Source of the DNA: Erysipelothrix larvae
Lineage (GTDB): Bacteria; Bacillota_I; Bacilli_A; Erysipelotrichales; Erysipelotrichaceae
Length of the DNA: 32,000 bases
NCBI RefSeq assembly: GCF_001545095.1
Contig: NZ_CP013213.1
Coordinates: 2,220,001 to 2,252,000, forward strand
Direction of reading: 5' to 3'
Of the stretch, positions 26,869 through 32,000 are shown piece by piece. The notes beneath the pieces are model-generated. The model ran no database searches, was not told the DNA's origin, and saw only the letters and a list, made by a program, of their open reading frames with translations. Each line of letters begins with the position of its first letter. The first letter of the stretch is position 1. The translations under genes were made by a program, and so were the position numbers.

Positions 26869-27621
26869 TTACTCATAAATCGCAAGGGGACCATAGGGGC
26901 CTTTAATCACCTCAATGTTTGTCTCAAATAATTGAGTGAGCAATGTGGAATCCATGATATCAGCAACCGGTCCAAAGGCAATAATGTTACCATCCTTCAT
27001 CGCACATATTCGATCAGAGTACTTAGCAGCGAAATTGATATCGTGTAAAACAGTGACAATCGTGCGATTAAAATCGTGGGCAGCTTGTTTTAAATGGCGC
27101 ATCATTTGAACCGATCCAGATACATCGAGATTATTGAGCGGTTCGTCCAATAAAACATACTCTGTTTCTTGGGCCAGTACCATTGCGACATAAGCACGCT
27201 GTCTTTGCCCCCCTGATAGTTCATCTAAATATCGATCTTCAAGTGTTGTCAAATCAAGAAAATCAATGTACTTAGAAATTATGACTTCATCTTCTTGTGT
27301 GATATTCCCTTTTGTGTATGGATACCGCCCAAATCCAACTAACTGTCTTACTGTCAGACGGGTTACAAAATGATTTTCTTGTCTTAAAATCGCAAGAACT
27401 TTCGCAAGTTCTTCTGACTTTGTCAGCGATACGTCCAATCCTGCTACGCTGATTGAACCTTCATCCATTTTTAAGAGCCGTCCAACCATCAAAAGGGTCG
27501 TAGACTTACCAGCCCCATTGGGTCCAATAATGGAGGTGATGCCTGCTTTGGGTATATCGAGCTCAAGTGGACCAATTTCAACTTTATCATAAGTCTTTTT
27601 TGCATTTCGTATTGATATCAT
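26869..27621 (-). CDS. Iron-siderophore-type ABC transporter ATP-binding protein (FecE/FhuC/YclP-like)
   Basis: Walker A is GPNGAGKST, the signature motif is LSGGQRQR and Walker B is VLLDEP. It overlaps the upstream permease gene by ATGA. Confidence 0.9.
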   Translation of the reverse strand: MISIRNAKKTYDKVEIGPLELDIPKAGITSIIGPNGAGKSTTLLMVGRLLKMDEGSISVAGLDVSLTKSEELAKVLAILRQENHFVTRLTVRQLVGFGRYPYTKGNITQEDEVIISKYIDFLDLTTLEDRYLDELSGGQRQRAYVAMVLAQETEYVLLDEPLNNLDVSGSVQMMRHLKQAAHDFNRTIVTVLHDINFAAKYSDRICAMKDGNIIAFGPVADIMDSTLLTQLFETNIEVIKGPYGPLAIYE

Positions 27622-28637
27622 AAGCTTCCCTTTCTAAGGATCATCATTAAGAATGTGATGCCCCCAACCATTTCAATGATCACCGAGACCACACCTTGGG
27701 CATTAAACACGTGATTCATTATAAAATAAGCACCGGTAATCACAAGATATCCAATCACAAACGCCATCAGAAAAATATGTTTATGATCATAAGTTTTGGA
27801 CATTTGATAACTTAACGTTGCCACTAAGAATCCATAGAATGTTAGCGACCCTACCAAAGCTGTTGAGATTGACATTAAAATAGACACGAGAATTAATCCA
27901 TAGATAACACTGCGTTGGTGATTCACACCAATTGAAGTTGAAACATCTTTGCCTAAAGATAATGCATTCAGTTTATGTGAGAACATAAATAATAAGATCC
28001 CCACACATATGACCAGCGGGATCGCTAGGTATAATGATTCGATATTTGCATTATTCACCGATCCAAATAAGCGTGCTTGAAGGATATCAAACTCGGAAGG
28101 TGCAAGCAATCTTCGCATAAACGATGATAGTGAACGTAGCCCCGTCCCAATAATAACACCCACTAAAAGCATAAGTTGAAGATCTCCATACTTACCTGAT
28201 AAAAGCCATCCATAGAGGATTAAACACATCATGACCATGAGCACAATTTGCAATATAAAGGGACCTAATCCACTAAAATTAATGAAGACTGAAGATCCAA
28301 ATAGGAAAATCGTCGTGGTATGAATGGTTGCATAGAGTGCATCAAACCCTAATAATGAGGGAGTAATGATTTTGTTGCTGGTGAGTGATTGAAAGGCAAC
28401 CGTTGATAGACTTTGACATAGTGATACAACTAGCATTACCACAACCGCAGTGAAGCGACGTCTTACAACGGGGATGAATGAAGGTGAGTCAAAGGGTACT
28501 GGATTATTGAAAACCAACAATCCATACGTTGCGAGCAATGATAACCCAAATAAAACACTCAATACAATCCAAAAATTGCGTTGATCTTTGGCATTTTTAA
28601 ATGCTTTCGCAGATCGTTTAATTGTGAGCTGATTCAT
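27618..28637 (-). CDS. FecCD-family iron-chelate ABC transporter permease
   Basis: 339 aa polytopic membrane protein in an operon with a second FecCD-type permease and the ATPase. Start and stop overlap on both sides. Confidence 0.85.
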   Translation of the reverse strand: MNQLTIKRSAKAFKNAKDQRNFWIVLSVLFGLSLLATYGLLVFNNPVPFDSPSFIPVVRRRFTAVVVMLVVSLCQSLSTVAFQSLTSNKIITPSLLGFDALYATIHTTTIFLFGSSVFINFSGLGPFILQIVLMVMMCLILYGWLLSGKYGDLQLMLLVGVIIGTGLRSLSSFMRRLLAPSEFDILQARLFGSVNNANIESLYLAIPLVICVGILLFMFSHKLNALSLGKDVSTSIGVNHQRSVIYGLILVSILMSISTALVGSLTFYGFLVATLSYQMSKTYDHKHIFLMAFVIGYLVITGAYFIMNHVFNAQGVVSVIIEMVGGITFLMMILRKGSL

Positions 28638-29647
28638 CGGTTTCTCCTTTGCTTAAGTATCAAGACAATGAACACAAACGAACCAAAGGTTCCAAGGATC
28701 AATGAGACAGGCACCTCAAAAGGCATAATCAATGTTCGTGAAATAATGTCACACGCAGTGATGATTCCCATCCCTAATAAGCAAACCCAAGGTAAATTAC
28801 TTCGAAGATCATCCCCACGAGCCAGTGATACAATATTTGGCACAATCAACCCCAAAAACGGAAGATTCCCAATCACAGCAGACACTACGCCCACGACAAG
28901 TGAAATTGTTGCGACACCTAATAAAATCACCGTATTGTAATTGACCCCTAGGTTTGTTGCGATGTCTTCTCCCAGTCCCACTAGCGTTAAGCGATCGGCA
29001 TACACATAAACAAAGATCACAACAGCCAGAATAATCCACAGTGTTTCATACCTTCCCATTTGCACATTCGCAAAGGATCCAACAAACCACCCTTCAATAC
29101 TCTGTGTCATTTGAAATGCAAGGCCAATAAAGGTGGAAAATGCAGATATTACTGCACCCAACATCATGCCAACGATGGGAACAATGAGTGAGGAACGCAG
29201 TCGAACACGTCGTAAAAACAAAAAGAAAATCATGGTTCCGACAAATGAGAAGAGAATTGCTCCACCCATTCGAAGCACTAAACTAGGAGCTGGAAACACG
29301 ACATATACCATCAGAAGCCCAAGTCCAGCCCACTCAATTGTTCCTGTTGAAGTCGGTTCAACCAGTCTATTTTGCGTAATCAATTGCATCACCAGTCCAG
29401 TCATAGACATCGCAGCCCCTGTTAACATTAATGAAAGGGTGCGTGGAACACGGGTGATAAAAAACATCTGTAATCCATCGTCTTGTCCCACAATATCATA
29501 AGCGCCTGTAAAAAGAGAGATTAATCCCAATATAATGACACAAACGCATAAGAAAACAAAGGACTTGGTCCATAGTTTACTTCGATGTAAACGAAGAGGC
29601 TGAGAAACCCCAGCCCCACGTTCTTTTGTTTTAAAGTTTAAAAACAT
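28634..29647 (-). CDS. FecCD-family iron-chelate ABC transporter permease
   Basis: 337 aa polytopic membrane protein. The segments TRVPRTLSLMLTGAAMSMTGLVMQ and LGEDIATNLGVN are typical of the FecCD family. Confidence 0.85.
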   Translation of the reverse strand: MFLNFKTKERGAGVSQPLRLHRSKLWTKSFVFLCVCVIILGLISLFTGAYDIVGQDDGLQMFFITRVPRTLSLMLTGAAMSMTGLVMQLITQNRLVEPTSTGTIEWAGLGLLMVYVVFPAPSLVLRMGGAILFSFVGTMIFFLFLRRVRLRSSLIVPIVGMMLGAVISAFSTFIGLAFQMTQSIEGWFVGSFANVQMGRYETLWIILAVVIFVYVYADRLTLVGLGEDIATNLGVNYNTVILLGVATISLVVGVVSAVIGNLPFLGLIVPNIVSLARGDDLRSNLPWVCLLGMGIITACDIISRTLIMPFEVPVSLILGTFGSFVFIVLILKQRRNR

Positions 29648-29668
29648 CAGATTTTCCTTTAAACTGAC

Positions 29669-30667
29669 TTATTCAGCCAATGCTTTTGCGAGATTGTTAA
29701 ACAACTCAAGATAGGTTTGAATGGATTCGTTTGTATACGTATCCTTTGGTGCATAAACAACATGGTTGGCTTTAATTGCATCAATGTTTTGAAGCGCAGG
29801 CGCATTATTAATCACATCCTGAGCAGGAACAGCTTGCGATGCATCACTGGTTGCAGCATCACGATCAAGTACAAACACCCATTGAGGATTGCTTTGCGCA
29901 ATTGCTTCTACCGAAATATCATCGCCTTGGTGATCCGATGTCGAATTGTCCACATCCAGTGCAGGTTTCCAATTGAAGATTTCAAACATCGGTCCCCATA
30001 CACGTCCAGAACCTGGTGCAGCATACCCAATGTTACCTCCAGAAACAATAACTCCCATCACTGTGTCAGTTCCATTGTAGGCTTTATTCACAGATTCAAT
30101 GGCATCATCAAAGTCTGAGACAAGCTTATTGGCTTCTAACTCTTTACTAAAGATCTTACCCAAAGCAATTGTTGAATCTTTAAGACCATTCACTAAGTTT
30201 TTACCCGGCGTCGCTGCGTCTTTGGAAACATCAAAACTAAAATCAACAACTGCTGCATTGGGTACGAGTTCTTTAATTTGATCATAATAGCTCGCAAAGC
30301 GTTGTCCAACAATTACAAGATCTGGATTGACAGCTGCAATAATCTCAAGGTTTGGTTCTCGATGATTTCCAATATTTTGCACAGACTCATCCAAAACATA
30401 GGTTGAGTCAGAAGGCATCACATCTTTAGGTGCCGCTTTAAGCTCAATCTTCCAATCTGACAAGGTCTCGAAGGTTCTGTTATCAAGCGCAACAACACGT
30501 TTTGGGTTTATAGGAACACTCACAACCCCATGAACATCTGTGATATCCACTGTTGAACCTTGACCTCCGTTTGAATTGTTCGCATCGTTTTGATTTCCAC
30601 ATGCTGTAAGCATCATCATTAAAGATAACGCAATTAAAACAAGTTTCGATAATTTAAATTTTTTCAT
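29669..30667 (-). CDS. Siderophore/iron-chelate ABC transporter substrate-binding lipoprotein
   Basis: The start is refined to ATG at 30665-30667 (MKKFKLSKLVLIALSLMMMLTACGN), 6 nt after GGAG. The lipobox is LTAC. It has a periplasmic-binding-protein class 8 style fold (VVALDNRTFETL..., PDLVIVGQR). Confidence 0.85.
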   Translation of the reverse strand: MKKFKLSKLVLIALSLMMMLTACGNQNDANNSNGGQGSTVDITDVHGVVSVPINPKRVVALDNRTFETLSDWKIELKAAPKDVMPSDSTYVLDESVQNIGNHREPNLEIIAAVNPDLVIVGQRFASYYDQIKELVPNAAVVDFSFDVSKDAATPGKNLVNGLKDSTIALGKIFSKELEANKLVSDFDDAIESVNKAYNGTDTVMGVIVSGGNIGYAAPGSGRVWGPMFEIFNWKPALDVDNSTSDHQGDDISVEAIAQSNPQWVFVLDRDAATSDASQAVPAQDVINNAPALQNIDAIKANHVVYAPKDTYTNESIQTYLELFNNLAKALAE

Positions 30668-30718
30668 GTATTCTCCATTCTTTTTTTTTACTAAAGGTAT
30701 GCCTAAAATCACTGTGAA

Positions 30719-30748
30719 ATTCTAACACTACTACCCTCAAAGTGTCAA
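30719..30748 (-). promoter_or_regulatory. Candidate promoter of the ABC importer operon (TTGACA-18-TAGAAT)
   Basis: On the minus strand the -35 is the reverse complement of 30743-30748 and the -10 is the reverse complement of 30719-30724. Confidence 0.4.
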
Positions 30749-30820
30749 TGAACACTCGATGAATAAATCACAGCTGATTATTGATATTATAGATTGTAAA
30801 TAATTTGTTTTATGGCACAA

Positions 30821-32000
30821 TTATGTAAGATCAAGCAGTCCGTCGATCTCATCATCTTTATTAATTGGAATTGGTATGACTTTCTGTCCATCTTTATAGA
30901 CCGCTTCAATTTCTTTAAGCACTTGGACATTTTCTGCAGGATTATCATTAAGAACGATAAAATCTGCACGCTTTCCAATATCAAGGTTTCCAATAAATTG
31001 ATCATTTAAGACACATGCATTGACACGTGTTGCCATATACAGCGCTTTATACGCCGGTACACCACCATATCTTACAATATGATCCAATTCTCGATAGAAA
31101 TTGTAATGTTTCACAAAAGACATCGATGCATCCGTTCCAACACCCACTGTAATGTCATGATCAATGGCTTGTTTAAACCCTTCCATCATTTCTTCATAGA
31201 TGCGTTTACCATTATAGTACACAACATCCGATAACTCCGTTTTTTCTTTATCAAGAAGTGCAAAAGGATAGGCTGCTGAGAATGTTGGAATCAACGCAGT
31301 AAACCCTCTTAATGCCTTCGGATTATTTTTAAATAACTGAATCATTGTATCATCCAGCACCGCTCCATGCTCAATGGTGTCCACACCCCCTAAAAGAGCG
31401 ATTCTAACACCTTCGCTACTTTCAACGTGTGCACTTACCATAACACCTACACGATGTGCTTCATCACAGATTGCTTCAATCTCTTCTAAATTAAGCTGAA
31501 GCCTTCCTGCTTCACCAATTCTTCGTGCATCAGTAACACCACTGGTGACACAAATCTTAATCCAATCAACGCCTTCAAGTAAGTTCTTTCGTACACTTTT
31601 TCGACACGCCCATGGTCCGTCGCTTTCAAGTGCTAAGTAGGGAGCTCCATGGCCTCCCTTAATACTGATGAAATACCCCGAAACATAAAGATTGGGACCA
31701 TCTCTATCTCCATTTATAATTTCATCACGCAGCGTCACATCTTGATATTGAAATTCCCCCACTGATCTTAGGGTTGTGACACCCGATTGGAGTTGCGTAT
31801 GTGCATTCTTATGCATTGTATTTCGGATATAATTCTTGCCGACTTTTGTTTTTAAGAAGCGATTTAACACTTTCATAATTCCAGGCTTATCTGAAACCGA
31901 AAGTCTACCACCACTTGAAAACAAGTGAACATGGGCATCAATAAGCCCAGCTAAAATATATTTATTGTCAATTGAAACTTCTACACAACTTGGTTCTGTG
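30821..32000 (-). CDS. Amidohydrolase-superfamily metal-dependent hydrolase, 5'-truncated by the window edge
   Basis: The frame stays open upstream of the track's TTG to position 32000 (...TEPSCVEVSIDNKYILAGLIDAHVHLFSSGG...), which includes the HxH metal-binding motif. The downstream motifs AHVES, IEHG and VGTDA are typical of the family. Confidence 0.85.
   Translation of the reverse strand, partial: TEPSCVEVSIDNKYILAGLIDAHVHLFSSGGRLSVSDKPGIMKVLNRFLKTKVGKNYIRNTMHKNAHTQLQSGVTTLRSVGEFQYQDVTLRDEIINGDRDGPNLYVSGYFISIKGGHGAPYLALESDGPWACRKSVRKNLLEGVDWIKICVTSGVTDARRIGEAGRLQLNLEEIEAICDEAHRVGVMVSAHVESSEGVRIALLGGVDTIEHGAVLDDTMIQLFKNNPKALRGFTALIPTFSAAYPFALLDKEKTELSDVVYYNGKRIYEEMMEGFKQAIDHDITVGVGTDASMSFVKHYNFYRELDHIVRYGGVPAYKALYMATRVNACVLNDQFIGNLDIGKRADFIVLNDNPAENVQVLKEIEAVYKDGQKVIPIPINKDDEIDGLLDLT

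Noticed and set aside
30775-30790. Fur-box-like AT-rich dyad (TGATTATTGATATTAT) upstream of the siderophore-type ABC operon
   Set aside because: It matches the 7-1-7 Fur consensus (TGATAAT-N-ATTATCA) only partially. It lies upstream of, not over, the best promoter candidate (30719-30748). In AT-rich intergenic DNA this is not enough to make a call.

Overview
This is a low-GC Gram-positive (Bacillota-type) chromosomal segment, judged from GGAGG-type ribosome-binding sites, sortase sorting signals and PTS/PRD regulation. All family calls come from motif recognition in the supplied translations; no database search was possible.

Gene content, left to right:
- A secreted G5 + CAP-domain protein with a Ser/Asn-rich spacer.
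- A minus-strand PTS operon (about 1.7-8.2 kb). It has ascorbate-type EIIA/EIIB/EIIC but a non-ascorbate catabolic set: an HpcH-family aldolase, a SIS-domain protein and a DapA/NanA-family lyase. A PRD/EIIA regulator is encoded last.
- An intact ISL3-family insertion sequence (about 8.4-10.0 kb) with roughly 40-bp imperfect inverted repeats.
- A second sugar locus (10.1-15.1 kb): a GH1 6-phospho-beta-glucosidase, an orphan cellobiose-type EIIC and a LicR-like PRD regulator.
- An accessory plus-strand island (15.3-21.7 kb) with two diverged paralogous cell-wall-anchored surface proteins. The first is frameshifted and carries a (TP)n stalk and an LPSAG signal. The second is intact and carries about 36 PVD repeats and an LPNTG signal.
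- Between these two surface genes sits an apparently autonomous IS200/IS605 element. It has a Y1 TnpA, an apparently catalytically intact TnpB, and a highly structured roughly 190-nt 3' non-coding tail that is a candidate omega RNA.
- A Cof-type HAD hydrolase.
- A translationally coupled operon of PadR plus two uncharacterised membrane proteins.
- argS.
- A four-gene siderophore-type ABC importer.
- A 5'-truncated amidohydrolase.

No CRISPR array, reverse transcriptase, rRNA/tRNA or recognisable defence cassette was seen. The most interesting leads are the TnpB/omega-RNA element and its insertion context, the non-canonical PTS catabolic cluster, the adhesin pair with its tandem-repeat stalks, and the uncharacterised PadR module.
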